Shown: one piece after another, positions 1 through 7,988 of the stretch | Layout: the number at the start of each line of letters is the position of its first letter | Numbering within the stretch: position 1 is the first letter of the stretch | Origin: Planctopirus limnophila DSM 3776 | Lineage (GTDB): Bacteria; Planctomycetota; Planctomycetia; Planctomycetales; Planctomycetaceae | NCBI RefSeq assembly: GCF_000092105.1 | Contig: NC_014149.1 | Location: 5,011 to 37,010 of the forward strand | Length of the DNA: 32,000 nt | Direction of reading: 5' to 3' | The notes under the pieces: generated by a model | What the model was told of the DNA's origin: nothing | Database searches by the model: none | What the model saw: the letters and a program-made list of their open reading frames with translations, nothing else | Translations under genes and position numbers: made by a program

Positions 1-1
1 T

Positions 2-172
2 GTCTCAGTCAGGCGCAACCCTTCCGGTCAGATTAGACCAGCGAAACCAATGTCAGAGGACGCCAAGAAGATTGACGGGATTGCAGCTGCCATCATGGGT
101 CTGGCACTGGCCACTCGTAGTCAGCAGGCATCACCATCGGTCTACGAGACACGAGGATTCGTCACGCTGTGA
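2..172 (+). CDS. terL: Terminase large subunit, C-terminal fragment (5' part lies outside the window)
   Basis: Frame is open from the window edge to TGA 170-172. Translation ...DAKKIDGIAAAIMGLALATRSQQASPSVYETRGFVTL* resembles the conserved C-terminal KIDGxxAxIMAL...SVYExRG end of Terminase_1-type large subunits. It overlaps the portal start (GTGA). Confidence 0.75.
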   Translation, partial: VSVRRNPSGQIRPAKPMSEDAKKIDGIAAAIMGLALATRSQQASPSVYETRGFVTL

Positions 173-1803
173 ACCCTTTTAACTTCGCCGTCAACACGTC
201 GCAGGTGACCAACACGGAAGTCACTGGCAATCCCGAGAATCCCGCAGTGCCCCTCGATCCGGATGCGTGGGAGGATCTCGGATGGCTCGGCCGCATGACC
301 GATGCCGGCGTACGGGTGAATCACGAAAACTGCATCGGTCACCCTCCACTTTGGCGAGCGGTCAACCTGATTGCCGGAGACGTGGCCAAGCTCCCACTCA
401 ATGTCTATCGCCGAACTCAAGGCGGTCACGAGCGGGACAAAGATCACCACGCCAACTGGCTGCTGAGGCACAAGGTCAACGACTACATCCTCAGTTATGT
501 GTTCAAGAAAACCTTGACGTTCCACTCGCTGTTGCATGGGCAGGGATTCGCCTACATCCATCGCGAGGGCACAGTTCCCAAGCAACTCGTACCGCTGAAT
601 CCTGAGACAACAGAGCCTGTCGTCATCGGCGGGAACTTGTTCTATGGCGTGACCATCAACGGAAATAAGCGACGACTGCACGCGACGGATGTGCTGCACA
701 TCAAAGGGATCTCGTTCGATGGCATCGAAGGCATTGATGTCATTCAGGTCATGGCTCAGGCACTGGCTTTGGGAATCGCAGCCCAGAAGTACGGGGCCAA
801 GTTTTTCGGCTCCGGTGCTAAGGCGGGCGGAATCCTGATGCTGCCTCCGGGCCTGAAGCCGTCTGCCCGAAAGCAACGTGAGGAGGAGTGGAAGAAAGAG
901 CAGGAAGGCCTCGACAATGCCTTCAAGTCCATGCTGCTGGAAGATGGTGCCAAGTGGATCCAGAACACGATCACACCTGAGCAGGGTCAGTTCCTGCAGA
1001 CCCGACAGTTCGAGGCCATTCAAGTCGCCAATGTTCTTGGGGTGCCACCACACAAGATCGGCGACAATGGCAAGGTCTCTTACAACTCGCTTGAGCAGGA
1101 GAACAAGAGTTACCTGCAGGACTGCCTCGATCACTGGCTGGTCATGTGGGAGCAGGAATGTTGGGACAAACTTCTCACCGAGAACGAGAAGCGAAACGAC
1201 ACGCACTTTGTCGAGTTCAATCGGTCGGCATTGCAGCGAACGGATGAGAAGACAGAAGTCGAATCACTGGAGAGACAGGTCAACTGCGGGATGCTGCTGC
1301 TCAATGAAGCGCGGGCGATCCGCAACCTGCCACCAGTGGAAGGCGGCGATCGGCCACGCATGCCCTCGAACATCATCTTCACCGATGCGAAGCAGCTCGA
1401 AGCGAAACCTGCGGCTGCCACCAATGCTGGGGAGAGAATCGCTCAGTCGATCCAGAACGCACTCAATGATCGGATCGATCGACTGCTCGAAGTGGAGCAG
1501 GCGGTTCGATCAAAGGCGAACTGCTCGATCGATCTGCTGACTCAGCATGGTCGCAAGCTGGCCAGTGCTGTGATTCCTGTGCTGGATATTTATGCCGCCA
1601 GCCAGGGCAAGATCCTTGACGCTGACAAGACCACGGCTGCCATCGTGGCCGATTGTGTCAGCTATCAGGCTGCAGAGAACTGGCACACGTCTCGACGCAA
1701 TCATCTCGCCACCTTTTTGAAAGGCCTCGTGAATGGATCCCATCCTGAAGAAACTGGAAGAGCTGCGGGCGAAGCAGAACAAGCTGGCGAAACCCAGCCG
1801 TAA
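169..1803 (+). CDS. Portal protein (HK97-family)
   Basis: 544-aa ORF directly after the terminase, with GTG start and GAGGA 11 nt upstream. Size, position and sequence character match HK97-type portals. The antisense 354-aa ORF is judged a shadow. Confidence 0.88.
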   Translation: MNPFNFAVNTSQVTNTEVTGNPENPAVPLDPDAWEDLGWLGRMTDAGVRVNHENCIGHPPLWRAVNLIAGDVAKLPLNVYRRTQGGHERDKDHHANWLLRHKVNDYILSYVFKKTLTFHSLLHGQGFAYIHREGTVPKQLVPLNPETTEPVVIGGNLFYGVTINGNKRRLHATDVLHIKGISFDGIEGIDVIQVMAQALALGIAAQKYGAKFFGSGAKAGGILMLPPGLKPSARKQREEEWKKEQEGLDNAFKSMLLEDGAKWIQNTITPEQGQFLQTRQFEAIQVANVLGVPPHKIGDNGKVSYNSLEQENKSYLQDCLDHWLVMWEQECWDKLLTENEKRNDTHFVEFNRSALQRTDEKTEVESLERQVNCGMLLLNEARAIRNLPPVEGGDRPRMPSNIIFTDAKQLEAKPAAATNAGERIAQSIQNALNDRIDRLLEVEQAVRSKANCSIDLLTQHGRKLASAVIPVLDIYAASQGKILDADKTTAAIVADCVSYQAAENWHTSRRNHLATFLKGLVNGSHPEETGRAAGEAEQAGETQP

Positions 1804-2419
1804 GAATGCCGGCGAGAATGAGATCTACGTCTATGACGTGATCGGGCCTGCCGACTGGGGGTACTTCGGCGCAGCCACGATGAAAGATGAGCTGAAGAAT
1901 CTGGGTTCTGATGTGACCGAGGTTGTCATCAGAATCAATTCTGTTGGCGGCTATGTGGGCGAGGCCTCAGCGATTTACCAACTGCTCAAGGAACATCCCG
2001 CCAACATCCACGTCAAGATCGATGGCGAGGCGATCTCGTGTGCGAGCTGGATCGCCATGGCTGGCGACAAGATCACGATTGCCGAGCATGGACTCATGAT
2101 GGTTCATGACCCCAGCACATGGATCTCGGGGACTGCTGACGATCTCCGGAAAGAGGCTGAGGTGCTCGACTCGTACAAGGAAGTCATTGCCGGCATCTAT
2201 GCGGCTCGCAGCGGCACAGACGTGGAGGACGTCAAGAAGATGATGTCTGACGAAACCTGGATGACGGCCACGCAGGCCAAAGATAAGGGATTCGTTGACG
2301 AAATCTCGGCCAACAAGTCGAAGCCCGAAGCCACCAACTTCAAGGCTGTCCACATCGCGAACTGGCAGATGGAAAACATCCGCCGCAGGCAGCAGCTCAT
2401 TGAAGCGGCCAACGCCTGA
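1733..2419 (+). CDS. Prohead (head maturation) protease, ClpP/S14-like
   Basis: 228 aa. The segment IYVYDVIG...VVIRINSVGGYVGEASAIYQLLKEH...VKIDGEAISCASWIAMAGDKITIAEHGLMMVHDP is typical of ClpP-related phage prohead proteases. It lies between portal and capsid and overlaps the portal 3' end by 71 nt. Confidence 0.85.
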   Translation: MDPILKKLEELRAKQNKLAKPSRKNAGENEIYVYDVIGPADWGYFGAATMKDELKNLGSDVTEVVIRINSVGGYVGEASAIYQLLKEHPANIHVKIDGEAISCASWIAMAGDKITIAEHGLMMVHDPSTWISGTADDLRKEAEVLDSYKEVIAGIYAARSGTDVEDVKKMMSDETWMTATQAKDKGFVDEISANKSKPEATNFKAVHIANWQMENIRRRQQLIEAANA

Positions 2420-2577
2420 GGCGCAACAGATCCGGTCAGGTTATTGACGAACAACTCCTGTCCTCCTGTCAGTGCAGAGCGTGCCCAGTCATGCCGAGGC
2501 ACTGGCAGGTGCTCACAGGTTGAGGCCAAGTCCTCGATCTGCGACGGAGCGATGATGCCACGTGTCCTGAGAGATGG

Positions 2578-3900
2578 ATGCCCACGATGACGATGAAAGA
2601 ACTTCAGGAAAAGCGGAACAACCTGATTGCTGAATCCCGAAAGATTCTCGACAAGGCCGATTCCGAAAAGCGAGTGATGGATTCTGCTGAGAAGGCCCAG
2701 TGGGACAAGATGAATGCCGAGATAAGTGAACTCGGCGCTCACATGCGCCGCATGAATCGGCAGAAGAAAAACGAAGCAAGAACGAAGGAGCTTTTGGAGA
2801 ACAACGATCTGGGTCCCAGCCAGGTCGGCAATCGTAACAATCGCAAGCCAGGCAACGAGCCAGTCAACTTCAATGATCTGGTGTCTGGCTGGGTGAGGAT
2901 GGCCACGGGCCGCCGTATCACAAATGCCCAGAAGAAAGCTCTTCAAAACCGCTCCGCAAAGATCAATGGTCGCGAGGCCTATATTCCGCTTCACAAGAAC
3001 TTCAACGAAGTAAAGCGGGCTGTCAACGTTCTGACCACTGGAACTGGTTCCAGTGGTGGCTACACGATTCCCGAAGGGTTTATTGCCGCCCTTGAAGTTG
3101 CCATGCTCACTTTCGATCCGGTCTCCGCGGTCGCAGATGTCTGGCGTACAAGTGCCGGTAATCCTACTCCCTGGCCAACTGGTTCTGACACAGCGAACTC
3201 AGGGGAGCAGTTGGGAGAATCGACGTCGTTTGGCGCAAGCGTAGACCCCACTATGGGCGTGGTGCTGTTCGGTGCCTACAAGTTCAGCTCAAAGCCAATC
3301 ATGGTTCCTTACGAGCTGCTTGAAGACACTGGTGTCAACCTGACTCAGCAACTCGGTACCTGGTTGGGTGAACGACTCGGTCGGATCAAGGCTCTGCGAA
3401 ACACGCTGGGCAACGGGACGACTCAACCCCAAGGGATTGTCACCGGTTCAGTGCTGGGTCACACCGCCGCGGATGATGTGACAATCAGCTTCGACGACGT
3501 GATCAGGCTGGAGCACTCGGTGCCTCGCGCCTACCGAATGAATGCCGGGTACATGTGCAACGATGCCGTGTCGCTGGCATTGCGTCTCTTGAAGGATTCG
3601 CAAGGGCGTTACCTGTGGCAGGCCTCGGCCAATGCCGGGATGCCAGACCTGCTCAACAACCGGCCGCTGACGATCAACGACAACATGACCGGCACGATTG
3701 CAGCCAGTGCCAAGACCATGCTGTGCGGTGATTTCAGCAAGTTCAAGATTCGCGAAGTCGGCACCATCCGATTGAAGCGGCTGCAGGAACGCTATGCCGA
3801 ACTGGATCAAGAAGCCTTCATTGGCTTCGAACGCATGGACTCCAAAGTCCTTGATGCCGGTGCCGGTCCGATCCGTCACCTGATTCAGGCTGCCAGCTAA
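2578..3900 (+). CDS. Major capsid protein, HK97 fold, with N-terminal coiled-coil delta/scaffold-like domain
   Basis: 440 aa. The N-terminus is charged and helical (KELQEKRNNLIAESRKILDKA...), followed by a capsid-like core (TGTGSSGGYTIPEGF...). It follows the protease. Three in-frame ATGs (2578, 2587, 2593) leave the exact start uncertain. Confidence 0.88.
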   Translation: MPTMTMKELQEKRNNLIAESRKILDKADSEKRVMDSAEKAQWDKMNAEISELGAHMRRMNRQKKNEARTKELLENNDLGPSQVGNRNNRKPGNEPVNFNDLVSGWVRMATGRRITNAQKKALQNRSAKINGREAYIPLHKNFNEVKRAVNVLTTGTGSSGGYTIPEGFIAALEVAMLTFDPVSAVADVWRTSAGNPTPWPTGSDTANSGEQLGESTSFGASVDPTMGVVLFGAYKFSSKPIMVPYELLEDTGVNLTQQLGTWLGERLGRIKALRNTLGNGTTQPQGIVTGSVLGHTAADDVTISFDDVIRLEHSVPRAYRMNAGYMCNDAVSLALRLLKDSQGRYLWQASANAGMPDLLNNRPLTINDNMTGTIAASAKTMLCGDFSKFKIREVGTIRLKRLQERYAELDQEAFIGFERMDSKVLDAGAGPIRHLIQAAS

Positions 3901-3931
3901 TTTTGTGAAGCCGGTTCGCCGGCATGGATGA

Positions 3932-3969
3932 GGGGGCCAGGTTGAGGCCTGGCCCCCATTTCTCTTTCT
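3932..3969 (+). terminator. Rho-independent terminator after the capsid gene
   Basis: GGGGGCCAGG (3932-3941) pairs with CCTGGCCCCC (3948-3957), a 10-bp GC stem with a 6-nt loop. It is followed by the T-rich tract ATTTCTCTTTCT. Confidence 0.6.
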
Positions 3970-3979
3970 GATCACTCAC

Positions 3980-3997
3980 TGATTTCTGCAGAAATCA
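3980..3997. repeat. Copy 1 of gapped palindrome TGATTTC-N4-GAAATCA (spacer TGCA), intergenic
   Basis: Read directly from the sequence. The flanking C/G extends the palindrome to 3979-3998. Confidence 0.95.
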
Positions 3998-4032
3998 GCC
4001 TGACCGATTCACCCTGTCTGAGGATTTCCGCA

Positions 4033-4338
4033 ATGCAGGAAGAACAACTTTTCAGCGTCAAGCTGACCAGCTCGCGAGCGGGCAACGGGGTCGCCCATGA
4101 AAAGGGAGACGTGATCGACGTTCCCCTGGCCCGGGCTCATCGCCTGATCACAGCTGGCCAGGCAAAGTATGTCGGCGAAGGGAAGCTGCCACCTTACACG
4201 CCGCCAGCCCCTGTTCACGTTCCAGGGCCTGCTGCTCCTGAGAACGATGAAGACGACAGCGATGCCGATGATGGCGGCGAAGAAATCGCCAATACCGAAG
4301 GCAAGTCGAAGCTGCGGTCGAGAAAGGCCGCAAAGTAA
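4033..4338 (+). CDS. Hypothetical protein (small, acidic and Lys-rich C-terminus) in the head module
   Basis: 101-aa ORF between the capsid and connector genes, co-oriented. No recognisable motif. Confidence 0.5.
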   Translation: MQEEQLFSVKLTSSRAGNGVAHEKGDVIDVPLARAHRLITAGQAKYVGEGKLPPYTPPAPVHVPGPAAPENDEDDSDADDGGEEIANTEGKSKLRSRKAAK

Positions 4339-4384
4339 TTGAAGGCCAAAACCCCAGAGTAAAGTTCGCGGGCGGCAATTCACC

Positions 4385-4972
4385 ATGAAGCATCATCTCA
4401 CCCACGGTCGCGTTGTTACGACAATTGCACCGGCAGACGAGCCGATCACACTGGCGGACCTCAAACGCCAGATCCGTGTCGATACGTCTGATGAGGATGA
4501 TCAGCTCACGGCCTATATCAAAGCCGCCCGCGAACTTCTGGAGGAACACACCGAGCGGGCTCTCGTCACGCAGACACGCCAGCTCTATCTCGATCGATTC
4601 CCCAGTTGCCAGACCATTGAGATCCCCTGCACGCCGGTGACCTCGATCGAGTCGATTGAATACATCGATCCCACTGGTCAGCTGCAGGAGCTCGATCCCT
4701 CCAGTTATGTGGCCGATCTTGTCTCCAGTCCGGCCCGCATTCGTCCAGCGTATGGACGTTTCTGGCCTGCGATCCGGTACCAGATGAACGCCGTGATTGT
4801 CACCTTCGAGGCAGGCCAGGATGTTGACGAGGTCCCAGAGCGAGCGAAGCAGGCGATCCGTCTGCTGGCTGGCCATTGGTACGCCAACCGCGAAACCGTC
4901 CTGATTGGCACGATCTCCAAAGAGGTCGAGTTTTCATTCAACGCTCTGGCTGGTCAGTTGAGGTGGCACTGA
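4385..4972 (+). CDS. Head-tail connector protein (gp6-like)
   Basis: 195 aa. The motif LADLKRQIRVDTSDEDDQLTAYIKAARELLEEHTERALVTQT is typical of gp6-like connector / DNA-packaging proteins. Its stop overlaps the next start (ATGA). Confidence 0.75.
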   Translation: MKHHLTHGRVVTTIAPADEPITLADLKRQIRVDTSDEDDQLTAYIKAARELLEEHTERALVTQTRQLYLDRFPSCQTIEIPCTPVTSIESIEYIDPTGQLQELDPSSYVADLVSSPARIRPAYGRFWPAIRYQMNAVIVTFEAGQDVDEVPERAKQAIRLLAGHWYANRETVLIGTISKEVEFSFNALAGQLRWH

Positions 4973-5307
4973 TGGCACCGGCTGGCAAGTATCGCGATCG
5001 AGTGCGCTTCGAGTCATTCACAGCGACCCCTGATGCCAGTGGTCAACTGGTGGAAACGTGGCAGACGCTGGGGACATTCTGGGCCGAGGTCAACGCAGTC
5101 TCAGGTTCGGAGTCATTCCGCGGCCGCAAGATTCAGGGGCGTGTCTCTCACCTCGTGAGAGTTCGCGTCAACTCACTCACGCGGCAGATTACTAATCGTC
5201 ACCGCATGATCATTCATGGCCAGATTGTCTCGATCGCTTCCGTCTACGATCCCAACAATCGAGGCATCGAGATCGAAGTTCAGGGCGAGGAGCTGCTTGA
5301 CTCATGA
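4972..5307 (+). CDS. Head closure / head-tail joining protein (SPP1 gp16-like)
   Basis: ATG at 4972 overlaps the upstream stop. The 111-aa product YRDRVRFES...DASGQLVETWQTLGTFWAEVNAVSGSE...HRMIIHGQIVSIASV fits the head-tail joining family pattern. Confidence 0.7.
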   Translation: MAPAGKYRDRVRFESFTATPDASGQLVETWQTLGTFWAEVNAVSGSESFRGRKIQGRVSHLVRVRVNSLTRQITNRHRMIIHGQIVSIASVYDPNNRGIEIEVQGEELLDS

Positions 5308-5939
5308 GTGCTGCTGCTGCCCTGGGTCGCCAGCTGCTGCTGGAATTGTCCGGCGATCGGCAGTTGTTGAAAACCTTCGATCGACTGAGCACCACTGCTC
5401 AAGCCAAGGCTGCCCGACGCGGTCTGGCGGCTGGGCTGAAGGTCGTGACCAAGGCCCAGAAGAATGCTGTGCCTTCCGTGAAAACCAAAGGCCATTCGAC
5501 CAAGCGGCTGAAGGCGGGGATTCGCGGCCGGCAGATGCGAGTCAAGAAGGCGAACCTGTACGAAGCCAAGTCGGGGGTGAACGTCGGCAAGCGCTCGAGG
5601 CGCAGCAAATACTCTCAGGCCAAAGGGAATCTCAGCCGGGCCCCTCACCTGCATCTCTTTGTGCTGGGGACCCAGCCGCGATTCACTGGATCGACCAGCC
5701 GCAAGGTTCGCGGTCAATCCACAGGCACTCGCAAGGATGGCACTGCCTTTGTTCGCGGGAAGCATAAGCCAGGCACGATCATCCGCAAGCAGACCGGCAA
5801 GCCGAAACGGTTTCGCGGCCGCATGCCTGGAAGCTCGTTTTTGAACTTTGCTCAGGCCACTTCACTCTCAGCCACTCAATCCGCCGTGATCGATGCCATG
5901 CGTCAGGCGATCCTCACCGAAGCGACGAAAGGGAAATGA
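5304..5939 (+). CDS. Tail-completion / neck protein, HK97 gp10-like (tentative)
   Basis: 211-aa basic protein in the syntenic position, with ATGA overlap to the upstream gene. The family assignment rests on position and weak N-terminal resemblance only. Confidence 0.55.
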   Translation: MSAAAALGRQLLLELSGDRQLLKTFDRLSTTAQAKAARRGLAAGLKVVTKAQKNAVPSVKTKGHSTKRLKAGIRGRQMRVKKANLYEAKSGVNVGKRSRRSKYSQAKGNLSRAPHLHLFVLGTQPRFTGSTSRKVRGQSTGTRKDGTAFVRGKHKPGTIIRKQTGKPKRFRGRMPGSSFLNFAQATSLSATQSAVIDAMRQAILTEATKGK

Positions 5940-5940
5940 G

Positions 5941-6369
5941 ATGTCGATCGAAGCCGCCATGCGTGGAGTGCTGGTCGCAGCGACTGGTGTCGCGAACATC
6001 GTCGCCACCAACAGCACCAGCAACGACAAAGCCATTCGCCCGGAACGTCTGGCTCAGACCGACTCTTATCCGGCCATCGAAATCCAGATCACTTCCGAGA
6101 CGCATCAGGAAGATCTGGGCGGGTGGGATGGCACGAGTGATGTGGAGGTCACGCTCTTCTGCGTGGCCGAGACAGCGCAACAAGCCGCCGCTCTTGTGAA
6201 GGCTGTTCGCCAGACTCTGACCTCGATCAGCAATGTCAGCAGTGTCCACGGTCGCATTGAGAGCGTGGTGCTGACAGACACTGAGGGAAGTTATGAGCCT
6301 GAGGCGGACGGCAGTGACGAAGGGGTTTATGTGAAAGCCCTGAGCTGCAGTGTCTGGTTCGTGGAGTGA
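5941..6369 (+). CDS. Tail terminator-like protein (DUF3168-like, tentative)
   Basis: ATG at 5941, 1 nt after the upstream stop. 142 aa in the position before the major tail protein. MSIEAAMRGVLVAATGV...YPAIEIQITSE... resembles gp11/DUF3168 proteins. Confidence 0.55.
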   Translation: MSIEAAMRGVLVAATGVANIVATNSTSNDKAIRPERLAQTDSYPAIEIQITSETHQEDLGGWDGTSDVEVTLFCVAETAQQAAALVKAVRQTLTSISNVSSVHGRIESVVLTDTEGSYEPEADGSDEGVYVKALSCSVWFVE

Positions 6370-6376
6370 GGTTTTC

Positions 6377-6790
6377 ATGAGCAACAAAGTCGCGTCCAAA
6401 GGTACCAAGCTGCAACTCTCTGTCGCCTCGGTCTACACCGATATTGGCGGGGTCAGCAAGATTGACTATCCCGATCGGGAAGTCGAACACTGGGATGCCA
6501 CCGACCTGGACTCGGATGAACGCGAAGATGGCGAACTGACTGGCCTGGTCACTCCCGGCATGATCAGCGGCGAACTCTTCTACGATCCCGATGACGAGCT
6601 CCATCAGGAACTGGAAGATCTGCTGGCCACTCCGACCTATCGTGATTGGCGGATCCGCAAAGGGACGCGAGTCGTGACCGTCAACGGATCATTGAAAAAG
6701 TTTCAGCCATCATCGGCTGTGGGCGATGGCATGAAGGCCACCTTCGAAATCAAGTGCCGCACGAAGCCCGTGATTTCCACCGTAGCCTAA
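6377..6790 (+). CDS. Major tail (tube) protein
   Basis: ATG at 6377, 137 aa. GTKLQLSVASVYTDIGGVSKIDYPDREVEHWDATDLDSD...PGMISGELFYDP fits the tail tube N-terminal pattern. It lies upstream of the chaperones and tape measure. Confidence 0.7.
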   Translation: MSNKVASKGTKLQLSVASVYTDIGGVSKIDYPDREVEHWDATDLDSDEREDGELTGLVTPGMISGELFYDPDDELHQELEDLLATPTYRDWRIRKGTRVVTVNGSLKKFQPSSAVGDGMKATFEIKCRTKPVISTVA

Positions 6791-6862
6791 TCTTCGGATT
6801 GATCCCCAGACGCGACTCCATTTCGTTGTTCCATCACTGACGGTTTCCAGCAAGGTGAGTCC

Positions 6863-7162
6863 ATGAAAGCCAAGCTCATTCGAGATGCCGACGGCCCGAA
6901 CCCAGACTTCGACCCGAAGCAGAAAGTCTCTGCCACCAATCAGCCGCACGTGGTGATTCCCAAAGGAACCATCATTGAAGGGGAGAAGGCCTTCCGCCTT
7001 TGCCAGGGCTCGAATCCTGTGGCCGAGCCAGAGGACGATGATTGCAAGGCAGTCATTGCCGAATACCGCAAGAAGCGTGTGGCGATTCATCAGCAGCGGG
7101 CCGCTGAGCGAGTCGCAGAGAAAGCAGCAGAGAAAGCCGAGACCTCTCGCAAAGGCAGGTAA
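6863..7162 (+). CDS. Hypothetical protein between the tail tube and chaperone genes
   Basis: 99-aa ORF with AAGGTGAG 4-11 nt upstream of the ATG. No recognised motif. Confidence 0.55.
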   Translation: MKAKLIRDADGPNPDFDPKQKVSATNQPHVVIPKGTIIEGEKAFRLCQGSNPVAEPEDDDCKAVIAEYRKKRVAIHQQRAAERVAEKAAEKAETSRKGR

Positions 7163-7204
7163 TCCAGACGCTCTCCCCGGGCCCATGATTCACTGAAGTC
7201 CTTT

Positions 7205-7624
7205 ATGCGAAAGCCAGCCATGACCGAGAAAGCCAAGCCCGTCAAGCTCCTGACTGCGGATCTCCTCAAGCGACCTGCCCAGCGCGTGATTGTGAAATGC
7301 CGGGTGCCGGACGACTTCCACGATCCCGACATTGCCGGAAGCATTTTCTTCGTGAGACGAATGAAGGCGGGAGAACGTGGCCGGTATGAAATGCAGTTCA
7401 AGAATAGCAAAAGCGGTCAGCTCATTTCGGGCCGGGCCGCTGAGGTCCGTGAGCGTCTCATCATCCAGACGCTCTGCGACAGGGAGGGCAATCTGCTCCT
7501 GGGCAAGGATGACCTGCAGCAGCTCAAGCAGATGGACAGCGTGCTGGCAGACCTGATTGTCAACAAGGCTCAGGAAGTGAATCAGGTCAGCGAGGAAGAT
7601 CTTGAGGAACTGGCGGGAAACTGA
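7205..7624 (+). CDS. Tail assembly chaperone (lambda gpG analogue)
   Basis: 139 aa with an acidic C-terminus, immediately upstream of the tape measure. It ends in the slippery heptamer G_GGA_AAC followed by TGA. The start could instead be ATG 7220. Confidence 0.75.
   Translation: MRKPAMTEKAKPVKLLTADLLKRPAQRVIVKCRVPDDFHDPDIAGSIFFVRRMKAGERGRYEMQFKNSKSGQLISGRAAEVRERLIIQTLCDREGNLLLGKDDLQQLKQMDSVLADLIVNKAQEVNQVSEEDLEELAGN
7615..7621 (+). promoter_or_regulatory. -1 programmed ribosomal frameshift slippery site G_GGA_AAC (G to G-T fusion)
   Basis: Zero-frame codons are GCG GGA AAC TGA. In the -1 frame, GGG AAA CTG AGA GCT GAC CCG GGC CGC ATG runs without a stop into ORF 7642..7980. A downstream hairpin pairs GCCGCATG (7637-7644) with CATGCGGC (7650-7657). 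Confidence 0.7.
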
Positions 7625-7641
7625 GAGCTGACCCGGGCCGC

Positions 7642-7980
7642 ATGTTCGCCATGCGGCTGGCTCTCGCCATGCGGCGGGTCGATGTCGACGCGATGCTGGA
7701 TGAGATGGAACCGGAAGATCTGCGGGAGTGGCAGGCCTTCGCTTCGATCGATCCTTTTGACGAGGAGCGTGCCGATCTGAGGAACGGAATTCTGATTGCG
7801 AATCTGGGGGCGATGCTGGCACCGTTCTGTGGCAGCCATCTGGCCGAGCTCAGGCCGGTGCAGTTCATGCCGTTCAGTCAGCAGTCAGATGTGATTTCCA
7901 CAGAAATCAGTGAGGAGCAGGAGCGGCTCAACTGGGCCAACCTGGAAGCGGCCGTGGCCATGATGTCCGACAGCAAGTGA
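7642..7980 (+). CDS. Tail assembly protein T-like domain (DUF4035-like), probably made as a G-T fusion (7205..7980) by -1 frameshift
   Basis: The ORF is in the -1 frame relative to 7205..7624. AMLDEMEPEDLREWQAFASIDPFDEERADLRNGILIANL resembles gpT / DUF4035 proteins. Confidence 0.7.
   Translation: MFAMRLALAMRRVDVDAMLDEMEPEDLREWQAFASIDPFDEERADLRNGILIANLGAMLAPFCGSHLAELRPVQFMPFSQQSDVISTEISEEQERLNWANLEAAVAMMSDSK
7892..7909. repeat. Copy 2 of TGATTTC-N4-GAAATCA (spacer CACA), inside the gpT-like ORF (encodes VISTEIS)
   Basis: Read directly from the sequence. Confidence 0.95.
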
Positions 7981-7988
7981 GGTGAATT

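Noticed and set aside
142-1206. 354-aa minus-strand ORF
   Set aside because: It is antisense to the portal gene, with no start context or motifs. It is a shadow ORF.
6746-6776. Isolated half-sites of the dispersed palindrome: GAAATCA 6746-6752 and TGATTTC 6770-6776 in the reversed order; also TGATTTC at 3729 and 12187, and GAAATCA at 16626 and 27101
   Set aside because: Single 7-mers are expected by chance a few times in 32 kb on both strands. They were not counted as motif copies.
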